DNA of 64,000 nucleotides from Verrucomicrobiota bacterium (GCA_016871805.1 VHCG01000006.1:32982-96981), one strand, 5' to 3'. Positions 37,807 to 47,992 are shown, counted from the first letter of the stretch. Program-made: numbers and translations. Notes: a model not told the origin generated them from the letters alone.

Positions 37807-38946
37807 TCAGACGGCGATGGCGGCGCGGGTCCGATGCGATTCAAGCCCTGCGGCGAAGAGCTCATGGCTGCGCACCGCCTCATCGGGGGTGACGCAGCCG
37901 AAGCGTCCTTCCAGGGCGCCGGCCCTCTCGGCGGCGTAGGCCGCCCACATCTGCAGGAAGCAGTCGGGGAAACCCGGCTCGAAGATGCCGCCGGTGATCG
38001 TCGGAAATGGCGTCTGGAACCCGAGGTCGACCCGGACCCATCGCTGCTCCTTATGCCGTTCGAAAATCCAGAGCGTCTTGGGTTCCGCCGTGGAGTACCG
38101 GGCCCCGCCCTCGGTGCCGAGCACCTCCACCCACCAGGTGTTCGTGGCCCCCGGGGCCAGCCGCTTCATCTCCAGACGCATCGGCACCGTGGATCCCGAG
38201 ACTTCGAGATCGCAGTGGAGCTGCGCGTTGTCCCACGTGTCGCATGCCGCGAAGCCACCCTTCCCATCCGGCCTCTCGGTGTAGACCTTCTGGAGCTGGG
38301 AGTAGACCCGGACCGGATTCCAGCCGAGTCGCAGTGGGATGTGCGCGACGTGCATGCCGAGGTCGCCCATGACGCCGATCTCGCCGCAGTACTTCACCTG
38401 ACGCTTCCAGTTCACGGGCTTCGAGGGGTCGAGGTCGCTGGCGTGCCAGAAGCAGGAATGGACCTCGAGGACGCGTCCGAGCTTCCCGGAACGGGCGATG
38501 TCGACCACCCGCTGGGCCCCGGGCAGGAAGGGGAACTCGGAGCTGCAACGCACGAACCGTCCCGAGGCCACTGCGGCATCCCGGATCCTGCGGGCCGCCG
38601 CGAGATCGATCCCGAACGGTTTCTCGGCCAGCAGATCCTTCCCGGCGGCGAGGACCTCGAGATAGATCGACTCGTGGAGATGATGGGGCACCGCGACGTA
38701 GACGACGTCGACATCCGGCGAGGCGAGGAGCTCGCGGTGATCCTTGGTGAGCAGGCGGACCGTGGGGATCTGGCGGAACCAGTCGAGCAGTGTGCCCTGG
38801 AGATCGCAGACCGCCACGAGTTCGACCCGTACGGGGAACCGCTCGAGGACGAACCACCGGGCGAACGCGCTCGCCGCCTCCCGGCCCATCAACCCACCCC
38901 CGATGATTCCGACCCGCATGACATCCTTCATGGTGCGGATCATCAT
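37807..38946 (-). CDS. Gfo/Idh/MocA-family NAD(P)-dependent oxidoreductase
   Basis: MRVGIIGGGLMGRE Rossmann N-terminus and the EKPF motif (LLAEKPFG). Start ambiguous (ATGs at 38946, 38943, 38931 or 38919). Confidence 0.8.
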   Translation of the reverse strand: MMIRTMKDVMRVGIIGGGLMGREAASAFARWFVLERFPVRVELVAVCDLQGTLLDWFRQIPTVRLLTKDHRELLASPDVDVVYVAVPHHLHESIYLEVLAAGKDLLAEKPFGIDLAAARRIRDAAVASGRFVRCSSEFPFLPGAQRVVDIARSGKLGRVLEVHSCFWHASDLDPSKPVNWKRQVKYCGEIGVMGDLGMHVAHIPLRLGWNPVRVYSQLQKVYTERPDGKGGFAACDTWDNAQLHCDLEVSGSTVPMRLEMKRLAPGATNTWWVEVLGTEGGARYSTAEPKTLWIFERHKEQRWVRVDLGFQTPFPTITGGIFEPGFPDCFLQMWAAYAAERAGALEGRFGCVTPDEAVRSHELFAAGLESHRTRAAIAV

Positions 38947-39063
38947 CTCCAGGCCGCCTGTGCCGCAAGCCCGTGACGGCAGGCCTGGAACCGGGCGGTG
39001 TTCCAGGGCGACGAATCCTCTGCTGACATCCTCCGGGCTCCCGTTATTTTCGAACCGTTGCCT

Positions 39064-39972
39064 ATGAAGACCGCCACGTCCGCAGAGAATCAACCTCTAC
39101 AGAGCCTCGATGAGGTCGAGGATTTCTATAAGCAGCGATACCCCGAGCCCATTGCGGCACCGGCCGACAAGAAGTCCACCGTGGGCCATGACCCCGAGAA
39201 GAAGCAGTCGGAATTCCGCAACTACGAGGCGGATGCCCGGCCGACGGTCCGGGAGTTCTACCGGTTGAACCACCAGTTCCAGACCCACGAGTTCGTCCGG
39301 GCCAAGAAGAAGGAATACCTGGGCCTCAACCGCATGAAGATGGGTATCTGGGAGGCCGCCGAGTATCTCAACCAGCTGGTGGACGACAGCGATCCGGACA
39401 CGGACATGTCCCAGCTCGAGCATCTCCTCCAGACGGCCGAGCAGCTGCGTCGCGACGGCCAGCCCCGGTGGATGGTCCTGACCGGGTTCGTCCATGACCT
39501 CGGCAAGATCCTGTGCCTCTGGGGTGAACCGCAGTGGGCGGTGGTGGGCGACACGTTCCCGACCGGATGCGCCTTTGCCCCGAAGATCGTGTTCTCAAGG
39601 TTCTTCGAGGCGAATCCCGATTCCCAGAACCCGGCCTACCAGACCCGGCTCGGGGTCTACAAGCAGGGGTGCGGCCTGGATGCGGTCGACATCTCCTGGG
39701 GGCACGACGAGTACATCTACCAGGTCTGCAAGGACTACCTGCCGCCCGAGGGACTGGCGATGCTGCGGTTCCACAGCTTCTACCCGTGGCATCGGGAGGG
39801 CTGCTATGACTACCTGCTGAACGACCACGACCGCGCCATGCTGCCGTGGGTGCTCCGGTTCAATCCCTACGATCTCTACACCAAGAGCCACGAGAAGCCG
39901 GACGCCGTGAAGCTGCGTCCGTACTATGAGGAACTGATCCGGGAGTACTTCCCGGACAAGGTTCGCTGGTAG
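39064..39972 (+). CDS. myo-Inositol oxygenase
   Basis: End-to-end MIOX pattern: [77 protein letters not shown]-terminal DKVRW. Confidence 0.92.
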   Translation: MKTATSAENQPLQSLDEVEDFYKQRYPEPIAAPADKKSTVGHDPEKKQSEFRNYEADARPTVREFYRLNHQFQTHEFVRAKKKEYLGLNRMKMGIWEAAEYLNQLVDDSDPDTDMSQLEHLLQTAEQLRRDGQPRWMVLTGFVHDLGKILCLWGEPQWAVVGDTFPTGCAFAPKIVFSRFFEANPDSQNPAYQTRLGVYKQGCGLDAVDISWGHDEYIYQVCKDYLPPEGLAMLRFHSFYPWHREGCYDYLLNDHDRAMLPWVLRFNPYDLYTKSHEKPDAVKLRPYYEELIREYFPDKVRW

Positions 39973-40008
39973 CACTGGACCGGTGCCCTCGGTGGCGCCG
40001 ACCCCGCC

Positions 40009-40596
40009 ATGAATCCACGACTCCTGTGGGCCGGGCTGCTGGCGGTCGGTCTGGCGGTGATCGGCCTCGTCTTCGGGGCCGGTGTCTTAGTGGCTCGGTC
40101 GATGCGACCCGGTGGCCGGTCTGGGATCGCTGACACGGCCGCCGTCGTCACCCAGGTCCAGGCCCTCTCGCAGTTGGTCACGGTCCAGTATGTCTTCGAG
40201 AAGGTGGTCGTCCTGGACGACGTGAAGTGGTACGGACAGAACCGTCTCCTGATGATCGCCCATGGGGTGGTGAAGGCTGGCGTCGACCTGCGGAAGGTCA
40301 CGAAGTCCGACGTCTCGATCGATGGCGACCGGTTGCGGCTGAGGCTGCCGCGTCCCCAGCTGGTCGACACCTATCTCGACGAGTCCCGGACGGAGGTCCT
40401 TGAGCGCAGCACGGGGATCCTCCGGCAGTTCGACCAGCAGATGGAGCAGGACGCCCGTCGGCAGGCCCTTGAGAGCATCCGCAAGGCGGCCCGCGCCGCG
40501 GGCATCCTCCGGGACGCGGAGGAGCGCACCCGGCTCCAGCTGAACGCGCTCGGCGTCGCGGCGGGTTTCCGGGCCGTGGATGTGGAGTTCCGATAG
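40009..40596 (+). CDS. DUF4230-domain membrane-anchored protein
   Basis: TM anchor, then VVTQVQALSQLVTVQYVFEKVVVLDD...AHGVVKAGVDLRKV...LRLPRPQLVDTYLDES is typical of DUF4230. Confidence 0.75.
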   Translation: MNPRLLWAGLLAVGLAVIGLVFGAGVLVARSMRPGGRSGIADTAAVVTQVQALSQLVTVQYVFEKVVVLDDVKWYGQNRLLMIAHGVVKAGVDLRKVTKSDVSIDGDRLRLRLPRPQLVDTYLDESRTEVLERSTGILRQFDQQMEQDARRQALESIRKAARAAGILRDAEERTRLQLNALGVAAGFRAVDVEFR

Positions 40597-40685
40597 CCCT
40601 GGAATCCGCACGGATCTCGCACGACGCAGTGGTCGATCCACAGACGCCGCTTGACCCGGTCGCCCGGGACTCCGACAACGTCCTC

Positions 40686-42020
40686 ATGCATTCCCCCGCA
40701 CTCCACCGGGCCGCGCTCGCGCTGTCCATCGGTCTTGTCCTTGGCTCCGTCCTGGAGGCCGCCCAGCCCATGCTGGTGTCGTTCAAGAAGAGCCAGATGA
40801 CCGACCAGTTCTGGGCGGAGGGGGCGAACGCCGGGGACTTCAACCACGATGGTGTGATGGACCTCGTGTATGGGCCGTTCTGGTGGGCGGGACCCGACTT
40901 CAAGACACGGCGTCCCTATGCGCCGGCATCCGAGACGTTCAAGCTGAAGCAGGCCGACGGCACGGAGAAGACGATCCCCGGATTCGAGGGGGCCCTCGGC
41001 AAGAACAACACCTACTCCAAGAACTTCTTCGCGTTCGGGACCGACCTCAACAAGGACGGCTGGGACGACATCCTGATCCTCGGCTTCCCGGGCGAGAAGT
41101 CGTCATGGTACGAAAACCCGAAGGGCCAGCCGGGCCTCTGGACGGAGCATGTCGCGATCGAGGTCACCGACAACGAGTCCCCGAACTACATCGACATCAC
41201 GGGCGACGGGGTGCCGGAGATCGTCTGTTCCTCCAAGGGCAGCTACGGATGGGCGAGCCCGGATCCGAACAATCCGGCGGCGCTCTGGACCTGGCATCCG
41301 CTGAGCCCCAACAACAACTACCATCGGTTCACCCATGGCATGGGGGTGGGTGATGTGAACGGCGATGGCCGCATGGATCTGCTCGAAAAGGATGGATGGT
41401 GGGAGCAGCCGGCCTCGCTCGCCGGGGATCCGGTCTGGCCCCAGCACAAGTTTCCGTTCGGCGTCGGCGGGGCGCAGATGCATGCCTACGACGTCAACGG
41501 CGACGGGTTGAACGACGTGGTCACGAGCCTGGCCGCCCACGGGTATGGCCTCGCGTGGTTCGAGCAGGTCCGGGGCGCCGATGGGATCACGTTCAAGGAG
41601 CACATCCTGATGAACAAGGAGCCCAACGAGAACCGCTATGGCGTGAAGTTCTCCCAGCTCCATGCGGTCGACCTCGTCGACATGGATGGCGACGGACTCA
41701 AGGACATCGTGACCGGCAAGCGGTTCTGGGCCCATGGCCCTGCCGGGGATCCGGAGCCGGGTGCCCCTGCGGTCCTCTACTGGTGGAAGCTGGTGCGGGG
41801 ACCGGGTGGGTCGGTGGACTTCGTCCCGCATCCGATCGATACGACCTCGGGGGTCGGGACCCAGGTCGCCGTGCGGGACGTCAACAAGGACCTGATCCCG
41901 GACGTGATCGTGGGCAACAAGCGGGGCCTGTTCCTCTTCCTCCAGCAGCGACATCCCGTGTCGGAGACGGAATGGCAGGCAGCCCAGCCAAAGCCCATCG
42001 ACTCAACCTCCGGGAAGTAG
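40686..42020 (+). CDS. Secreted FG-GAP/VCBS repeat protein
   Basis: Start at ATG 40686 with a signal peptide. Repeated GDFNHDGVMD, DLNKDGWDD, DITGDGVPE, DVNGDGRMD, DVNGDGLND, DMDGDGLKD motifs. Confidence 0.8.
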   Translation: MHSPALHRAALALSIGLVLGSVLEAAQPMLVSFKKSQMTDQFWAEGANAGDFNHDGVMDLVYGPFWWAGPDFKTRRPYAPASETFKLKQADGTEKTIPGFEGALGKNNTYSKNFFAFGTDLNKDGWDDILILGFPGEKSSWYENPKGQPGLWTEHVAIEVTDNESPNYIDITGDGVPEIVCSSKGSYGWASPDPNNPAALWTWHPLSPNNNYHRFTHGMGVGDVNGDGRMDLLEKDGWWEQPASLAGDPVWPQHKFPFGVGGAQMHAYDVNGDGLNDVVTSLAAHGYGLAWFEQVRGADGITFKEHILMNKEPNENRYGVKFSQLHAVDLVDMDGDGLKDIVTGKRFWAHGPAGDPEPGAPAVLYWWKLVRGPGGSVDFVPHPIDTTSGVGTQVAVRDVNKDLIPDVIVGNKRGLFLFLQQRHPVSETEWQAAQPKPIDSTSGK

Positions 42021-42075
42021 GTTCGGTCTGGAGGGGTTGAATGGTCCGCTGGACCGCTGAATCCCCTGGATCGAC

Positions 42076-42930
42076 TCAGCGGGCGCGTTGGGCGAGGAGC
42101 TCGACGAGCCCGGCAAGGACCTCGTCCCGATCATTTCCCTCGAGGGCGAGGGCCAGCTGGGCGGTGAGCAGTCCGTAGCGCGCACCGATGTCGTAGCGGC
42201 GCCCGCTGGCCTCGAAGGCCAAGTAGCGCTCCTTCCGCGCGAGGCGGCTGAGCGCAGCGGAGAGATGGATGCCTCCCTTGGGTCCCCGGTCCGCCACCAT
42301 TTCCCCGAGGATCTCCATGAGTCCTGGGGTCAGTACGTGCATCCCGAAGAAGCAGAGGTAGTGGCCGGCGCGCAATCCGGCCACCACGAGCCGCTGCTCG
42401 GCCTCGGTGGGGGTGGGCTTCTCAAGGACCTCGGCCACCTCGTAGAGACCCTGGGAGCCCTGGACCCGGCGTCCGCCCACCGCGCCATAGAAGGGGAGCT
42501 TGCTCTCGTGGGTGGGTTGGACGGCCGAGATCGCCGATTCTGTGGTCTGGGCCAGCGTCACAAGCTGGCGTGCGCAGCCCGTGGTCGCGTTGCGGACATA
42601 CAGGTGGTCCCCGACCAGCAGGAGGAACGACTCGTCGGCGGTGAACTCCCGAGCGCACCAGACCGCGTGGCCATAACCAAGCGGTTCCAGCTGCTCGATG
42701 AACTCGAGACGTCCCGCGTGAGGGCCTGCTGCCGCGCGATAGGCAGAAGCGTCCCCGGGGCACACCACCACGCCGATCCGATCCACGCCCGCGTCGAGGG
42801 CCTCCTCGATGATGATCGCCAGCGCTGTCTTCGTGGAGCCGTCACGGTCCACCAATGACTGGAGCGGTAGCGTCCGTTGGTGTTTCCCCGCCGCCGTGAT
42901 CACCGCCTTCTTCAGGTGCATGGACGACAT
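42076..42930 (-). CDS. Sugar-phosphate nucleotidyltransferase (GalU-like fold, divergent N-terminal motif)
   Basis: KAVITAAGKHQRTLPLQ..., GYGHAVWCA, LVGDHLY, EKPTPTEA, YDIG resemble the UTP-glucose-1-phosphate uridylyltransferase layout. Start at 42930 or 42921. Confidence 0.75.
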   Translation of the reverse strand: MSSMHLKKAVITAAGKHQRTLPLQSLVDRDGSTKTALAIIIEEALDAGVDRIGVVVCPGDASAYRAAAGPHAGRLEFIEQLEPLGYGHAVWCAREFTADESFLLLVGDHLYVRNATTGCARQLVTLAQTTESAISAVQPTHESKLPFYGAVGGRRVQGSQGLYEVAEVLEKPTPTEAEQRLVVAGLRAGHYLCFFGMHVLTPGLMEILGEMVADRGPKGGIHLSAALSRLARKERYLAFEASGRRYDIGARYGLLTAQLALALEGNDRDEVLAGLVELLAQRAR

Positions 42931-43063
42931 TGAAAGGGCCCGGCGGAATCCTCCAAGAGGAAAAGCCACTCCTGGATGGCAACGCTCTGGGACACGGTCT
43001 CCGGGACGGATTCCGGCGTCTTGAGGAAGGGCCGACCCCATCCGGCTTACCTTGGATCGAGGT

Positions 43064-43861
43064 TCATCGCCCGACCCCTGGACGCGGTCCCCGGGGCGGT
43101 CGATCCCCGAGCGTCGATTCCGCGAAGAGCCGAAGGCCCTCCAGGGTGAGATGGGGATGGACCCGATCGATCTCCGGCAGCCGGCGCACCATCTGACGGG
43201 CATAGCCACCGGTCGCCACGGTCGGGGTGCCCTCGTGTCCCAGCTGCCCGCGGATGCCCTGCAACACCTCCCGGATCAACCCGCGGTAGCCCGTCAGGGT
43301 TCCCACCTGCATCGCCTCGACGGTGCTGCGCCCGATCGAGGTGCGCGGTTCCCGAAGCGGGATCCTGGGCAGCTGCGCTGTCTTCTCGTGGAGGTAGTCG
43401 GCGAGCGCCGAGATGCCCGGGGCGATCACCCCGCCGATGAACCGCCCCCTGGGGTCGACGACGTCGAACGTCGTCGCCGTGCCGAAGTCGATCGCAATCA
43501 CCGGCGCTCCGACGAGTCGCCGTGCCGCGATCGCATTGGCAATCCGATCTGTGCCGAGGGTTTCGGGACGGGGGTATCGCAACGTCAGCAGTTCCCCGGG
43601 AAGGGTGTCCGGCCGCAGGACGACCGGCTCGTGTCCCAGTAGTCCCTTCAATGCCGTCTGCGCCGGGCCGATCGCGGCGGGGACGACCGAGCACAGGGCC
43701 GCGTGGGCGGGGATCCGGGACCCGAGCCAAGCCCGGAGGTGTCGCGGGAGCCGGCCTCCGAGGACCTCGGTGGTGTCGATGTCGCGGGTCTTGCGGACGC
43801 CCCGGGTGTCGGCCCAGCCGAGGTGGGTGTGCGTGTTGCCGATGTCGAGGAGCAGGATCAT
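43064..43861 (-). CDS. coaX: Type III pantothenate kinase
   Basis: MILLLDIGNTHTHLG, AIDFGTATTFD, GGVIAPG, ATGGYA motifs. Only the C-terminal 265 aa of track ORF 43064..45256 are genuine. Confidence 0.92.
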   Translation of the reverse strand: MILLLDIGNTHTHLGWADTRGVRKTRDIDTTEVLGGRLPRHLRAWLGSRIPAHAALCSVVPAAIGPAQTALKGLLGHEPVVLRPDTLPGELLTLRYPRPETLGTDRIANAIAARRLVGAPVIAIDFGTATTFDVVDPRGRFIGGVIAPGISALADYLHEKTAQLPRIPLREPRTSIGRSTVEAMQVGTLTGYRGLIREVLQGIRGQLGHEGTPTVATGGYARQMVRRLPEIDRVHPHLTLEGLRLFAESTLGDRPPRGPRPGVGR

Positions 43862-44853
43862 GACGAGGGTCCGGCCGAGAGCAGGCTGACCTCCCCGCCG
43901 ATGATGCGTTCCAGCCGTCCGTGCTCCGTCCGGAGCAGCAGGGCGCCCTGTTCGTCGAGCGCCTCGGCCAGCCCATGGATCTCCCGGGGACCCACGCGGA
44001 TCGAGACCCACCGTCCGAGCGTCGTGCAGCGCCGTTCCCACTCGTCCACAATCGTCCCGAAACGGCCTTCCAGGACGTCGTGGTAGGCGAGGTCCAGTTC
44101 CTCGAGAAGCCGAGCGGCGAGTGCGGGTCGATCGATGCGCCGTCCGGACTCGAGGGACAGCGAGGTGGCGATCGAGCGGAGCTGGGTCGGGATCTCCGAG
44201 GCCGAGAGGTTGACGTCGATCCCCATGCCGAGGATGACGTGGTGGATCTGGTCGGACTCCGCCCCGAGCTCCAGCAGGATCCCGCCGCATTTGCGCCCCC
44301 GCAGGTGGAGGTCGTTGGGCCATTTGATCTCGGGTTCCAGCCCCGAGGCCTGTCCGATGGCCCGGGCGGCGGCGACCGCCGCCATGACGGTCAGCTGGGT
44401 GGCGGCCGTCAGGGGAATCCGGGGACGCAGCAGGACGGAGAACCAGAGCCCACAGCCCGAAGGAGACTCCCAACGGCGTCCCATCCGTCCCCGCCCCCGG
44501 GTCTGGGATTCCGCGAGGACCACGGCCCCCTCCTCGACCCCATCCCTTGCCAGTCGTTCCACGACGTCGTTGGTCGAGGAGGTCTCCTGGAACACCTGGA
44601 TCGACCGTCCAATCCGTCGGCGATCCGGCAGCCTCGAGATGAGGTCGTCCGCATGCAGGCGGTCGGGTCCCGATCTCAGGACATAGCCGCCGTGTGCGGT
44701 GGAGGCGATGTCGTATCCCAGCTGGCGGAGGGCGCCGATGCGGGCCGTCAGGCCGGTCGCATCGTCCGGGACCAGGCTGCCGAGGTCGGACACGGCCACC
44801 CCGGCGTCCCCGGCCCTTCGCAGGCGGGTCAGGATGCGCGCATCCGGACTCAT
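43858..44853 (-). CDS. birA: Bifunctional biotin-[acetyl-CoA-carboxylase] ligase / repressor
   Basis: N-terminal HTH region, GRGRMGRRWES motif, KWPNDL. ATGA overlaps with both nadC and coaX. Confidence 0.92.
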   Translation of the reverse strand: MSPDARILTRLRRAGDAGVAVSDLGSLVPDDATGLTARIGALRQLGYDIASTAHGGYVLRSGPDRLHADDLISRLPDRRRIGRSIQVFQETSSTNDVVERLARDGVEEGAVVLAESQTRGRGRMGRRWESPSGCGLWFSVLLRPRIPLTAATQLTVMAAVAAARAIGQASGLEPEIKWPNDLHLRGRKCGGILLELGAESDQIHHVILGMGIDVNLSASEIPTQLRSIATSLSLESGRRIDRPALAARLLEELDLAYHDVLEGRFGTIVDEWERRCTTLGRWVSIRVGPREIHGLAEALDEQGALLLRTEHGRLERIIGGEVSLLSAGPSS

Positions 44854-45707
44854 GCGTCGAAGTCGAGTCCGAGATCCACCGCCGGGGCGGAATGGGTGAG
44901 GGCACCGACCGACACGAAATCCACCCCGGTCTCGGCGATGGCCCGGACGGTGTCGAGGCGCACCCCGCCGCTGGCCTCCGTCCTCGACCGCCCCGCCACC
45001 CGCTGCACGGCCTCGCGAAGGGTGGGCAGGTCCATGTTGTCGAGCAGGATGATGTCGGCGCCCGCGGCGACCGCCTGGTCGACCTGGCCAAGGGTGTCGG
45101 TCTCGACCTCCACCCGGAGTCCCGGCCAGCACTGCCGTGCCCGGTCCACCGCAGCGGCGATGGCATTGGGCTGGGCATCCCGGAGTGCCGCGAGGTGGTT
45201 GTCCTTGATGAGGACGAGGTCGTGGAGACCGGTCCGATGGTTGGTACCGCCACCACAGGCGACGGCGTACTTCTCGAGCCGACGCCATCCAGGAGTCGTC
45301 TTCCGTGTGTCGAGGATCCGAGCCTGTGTGCCCTTCACAGCGGCGACGAACCGCGCGGTCAGGGTGGCCACGCCGCTGAGGCGTTGGCAGAAGTTCAGGG
45401 CCACCCTCTCCGCGGTCAGGATTCCCCGGGCGGACCCCTCGATCTCCAGCACCGTCGACCCTGCAGCGATGGCCTCCCCGTCCCTGGCCCGTGGCGTCAT
45501 GCGGAGATTGGGGTCCAGCTGAAGGAAGGCCTCGATGGCGAGATCGAGTCCGGCCAGCACCACCGGTTCCCGGGCCCGGAGCAGGGCCCGGGCCCGGGTG
45601 TCCGGCGGGACGCAGGCAAGCGTCGTGACGTCACCGGTCCCGACATCCTCCGCGAGGGCCTGGCGCACCGCCTCGCGGATCTCCTCCTGCTCGAGCTGCA
45701 TCATCAC
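44850..45707 (-). CDS. nadC: Nicotinate-nucleotide pyrophosphorylase (quinolinate phosphoribosyltransferase)
   Basis: ALAEDVGTGDVTT, AERVALNFCQRLSGVAT, DTRKTTPGWR, IKDNH, LLDNM motifs. Confidence 0.95.
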   Translation of the reverse strand: MMMQLEQEEIREAVRQALAEDVGTGDVTTLACVPPDTRARALLRAREPVVLAGLDLAIEAFLQLDPNLRMTPRARDGEAIAAGSTVLEIEGSARGILTAERVALNFCQRLSGVATLTARFVAAVKGTQARILDTRKTTPGWRRLEKYAVACGGGTNHRTGLHDLVLIKDNHLAALRDAQPNAIAAAVDRARQCWPGLRVEVETDTLGQVDQAVAAGADIILLDNMDLPTLREAVQRVAGRSRTEASGGVRLDTVRAIAETGVDFVSVGALTHSAPAVDLGLDFDA

Positions 45708-45869
45708 GGAAAGGCTGCGAGGAAAGGACCTCGTGGGAAAATGAAAAGTCGGGATCTCCTGGAGGGCGATGCCTCCCGGTGGCCGGGTCCAGGCGGCCTC
45801 CGGGCACGGAACGGATCCCCGTGAAATCCGATTGACCCTCGTGGCTGATTCCCAACCTTGTGCAGCGTC

Positions 45870-47141
45870 ATGATGAAGCCCCTCACCTCTTCGGTCCTTC
45901 TCACCGGATTCCTCTCGGGTTCCCTCCTCGCCGGAGGCTGGACGTTCGTCCGCGGTCCCAAGGGCGACGGCTCGACGCCCGACCGGATCGCCGCCAAGTG
46001 GCCTGCCTCGGGACCCAAGGTCCTCTGGAAGGTCCCCAGCTCCCTCGGATTCAGCTCCTTCGCCGTTGCCGACGGCCGGGCGTTCAACCTCGAGCTGCGG
46101 GAGGTCGACGGCGCCCAGCAGGAGGTGCTCGTCGCCCGGGACGCCAAGACGGGTGCCGAGGTCTGGGTGAAGCCTCTCGGCCCGGTCAAATACCAGGGGG
46201 GTGGCGATGACGGCACCAAGGACAACCGGGGCGGCGACGGTCCGCGATCGACGCCGACCTGGTCCGACGGCCGTGTCTACGTCACCTCCGCCAAGCTCGT
46301 CGTGTCGTGCTTCGACGCGAAGAGCGGGGACCTCGTCTGGCAGAAGAACGTGATGAAGGATTTCGGGGGTCCCAACATCTCGTGGGAGAACGCCGCCTCA
46401 CCGTTGGTCGAGCAGGGCATGGTGTTCGTCGCCGGCGGCGGGGCGGGTCAGTCGCTCATCGCCCTCAATGCCAAGACCGGCGACGTGGTCTGGAAGGCGT
46501 TCGACGAGACCCTGACCCATGCGACGCCGACACCGGCCACGATCCATGGCCAGCGGCAGGTCATCTTCTTCCTCAAGTCCGGCCTCCTCGCTGTCGAGCC
46601 GAAGACCGGCAAGGAGCTCTGGCGCCATCCGTTCCCGTTCCGCGTCTCCACCGCCGCGTCGCCGGTGGTGGATGGCGACCTCGTCTACTGCTCGGCCGGC
46701 TACGGCGTCGGCGCCGGCGCCTGCCGGGTCTCCAAGGACGGCGGCAACTGGTCGGCCAAGGAAGTCTACCGCTTCGAGGGCAACAAGCCCCTGGCCAACC
46801 ACTGGTCGACGCCGGTCCTCCACAAGGGCCACCTGTACGGGATGTTCCAGTTCAAGGAATACGGTGAAGGCCCCGTGAAGTGCGTCGAGATCGCCACCGG
46901 CAGGGTGAAGTGGGAGAAGCCCGGTTTTGGTCCCGGACAGGTCATCCTCGCGGGCGACAAGGTCGTGGCCCTCGGCGACGCAGGCCAGCTGGTGGTCATC
47001 GACACCAACCCGGAGGCCTACACCGAGCTCGCCCGGGCGGATGTCCTGGACGGCAAGTGCTGGGGTTCGCCCGTCGTGAGCGATGGCCGCGTCTATGCCC
47101 GCAGCACCAAGGAGGCGGTCTGTCTCGACGTCTCCCGGTAG
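45870..47141 (+). CDS. Secreted PQQ-like beta-propeller repeat protein
   Basis: Signal peptide MMKPLTSSVLLTGFLSGSLLAGG. Repeated G-x-V/L-W-K/R blades (TGAEVWVKPL, SGDLVWQKNV, TGDVVWKAF, TGKELWRHPF, TGRVKWEKPG). Confidence 0.8.
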   Translation: MMKPLTSSVLLTGFLSGSLLAGGWTFVRGPKGDGSTPDRIAAKWPASGPKVLWKVPSSLGFSSFAVADGRAFNLELREVDGAQQEVLVARDAKTGAEVWVKPLGPVKYQGGGDDGTKDNRGGDGPRSTPTWSDGRVYVTSAKLVVSCFDAKSGDLVWQKNVMKDFGGPNISWENAASPLVEQGMVFVAGGGAGQSLIALNAKTGDVVWKAFDETLTHATPTPATIHGQRQVIFFLKSGLLAVEPKTGKELWRHPFPFRVSTAASPVVDGDLVYCSAGYGVGAGACRVSKDGGNWSAKEVYRFEGNKPLANHWSTPVLHKGHLYGMFQFKEYGEGPVKCVEIATGRVKWEKPGFGPGQVILAGDKVVALGDAGQLVVIDTNPEAYTELARADVLDGKCWGSPVVSDGRVYARSTKEAVCLDVSR

Positions 47142-47269
47142 CCGCCGCCGTCGCGTCCTCCCGGGCTCCGGTCCGGGAGGCCAGCGGCCCGGTTGCCTTT
47201 TTGCCGGTTCTCGACACGATCCGGATCGAGCCGCAGAGTTCCCAAACCTGTCCCGCATCTCCTCCACAC

Positions 47270-47992
47270 ATGGCCAAAGTCATCGCTGAAATGCTCGTCG
47301 AGTCCGTCAAAATGGAACTCCCGGACGTCAAGACCGTCCGGTTCCAGTGGCCCGAGGGCTACGACCCGGGCGAATTCAAGACCGGGCAGTTCATCACCGT
47401 CTACTGGCCCCACAAGACCAAGTACAAGCGCGCGTACTCGTTGAGTTCGAGCGGTCTGGATCGGGGGTTCTACGAGGTGACGGTGAAGCGGGACGGCAAG
47501 ATGGGGACGAGTGTCGTGGACTGGGTCGAGGCGGGGGACAAGATGTTCGTGATCCCCCCGACCGGCCGCTTCCTCCCGGTGTTCGATCCCCCGGGCAAGC
47601 ATCTGATCTGCGTCGCGGGCGGCTCGGGTGTGACCCCCTTTCGGGGCTTTGCCCGCGAGGCCACGGCCCGGAACCTCGATACCCGGATCACGATCCTCTA
47701 CACGGTGCGGACGACCCAGGACATCATCTTCGCGGAGGAGTTCCGTGAGCTCGAGGCAAAGAATCCCCGGTTCAAGTTCCATGTCACCTGCACCCGCCTC
47801 GCCCCCGAGGATCCCTGGACCGGTCGTCGCGGACGCGTGACCCCCGAGTGGGTGAAGAGCTTTGTGGATGACCCTGCCAACACCGTCTTCTACGCCTGCG
47901 GCACCAACGCGATGGTCGAGGCCGTCGAGCACCTCGTGATCCACGATCTCGCGCTGCCCAAGGAGCAGATGAAGACCGAGAAGTGGGGTTGA
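47270..47992 (+). CDS. Ferredoxin-NADP reductase-like FAD/NAD(P)-binding oxidoreductase
   Basis: RAYSLSS (RxYS FAD motif) and VAGGSGVTPF (NAD motif). 240 aa with no Fe-S domain. Only the C-terminal part of track ORF 46880..47992 is used. Confidence 0.85.
   Translation: MAKVIAEMLVESVKMELPDVKTVRFQWPEGYDPGEFKTGQFITVYWPHKTKYKRAYSLSSSGLDRGFYEVTVKRDGKMGTSVVDWVEAGDKMFVIPPTGRFLPVFDPPGKHLICVAGGSGVTPFRGFAREATARNLDTRITILYTVRTTQDIIFAEEFRELEAKNPRFKFHVTCTRLAPEDPWTGRRGRVTPEWVKSFVDDPANTVFYACGTNAMVEAVEHLVIHDLALPKEQMKTEKWG

Noticed and set aside
43862-45256. N-terminal 465 aa of track ORF 43064..45256
   Set aside because: Only the last 265 aa are CoaX. The upstream part is an open alternative frame across birA and nadC with Arg/Pro-rich nonsense composition.
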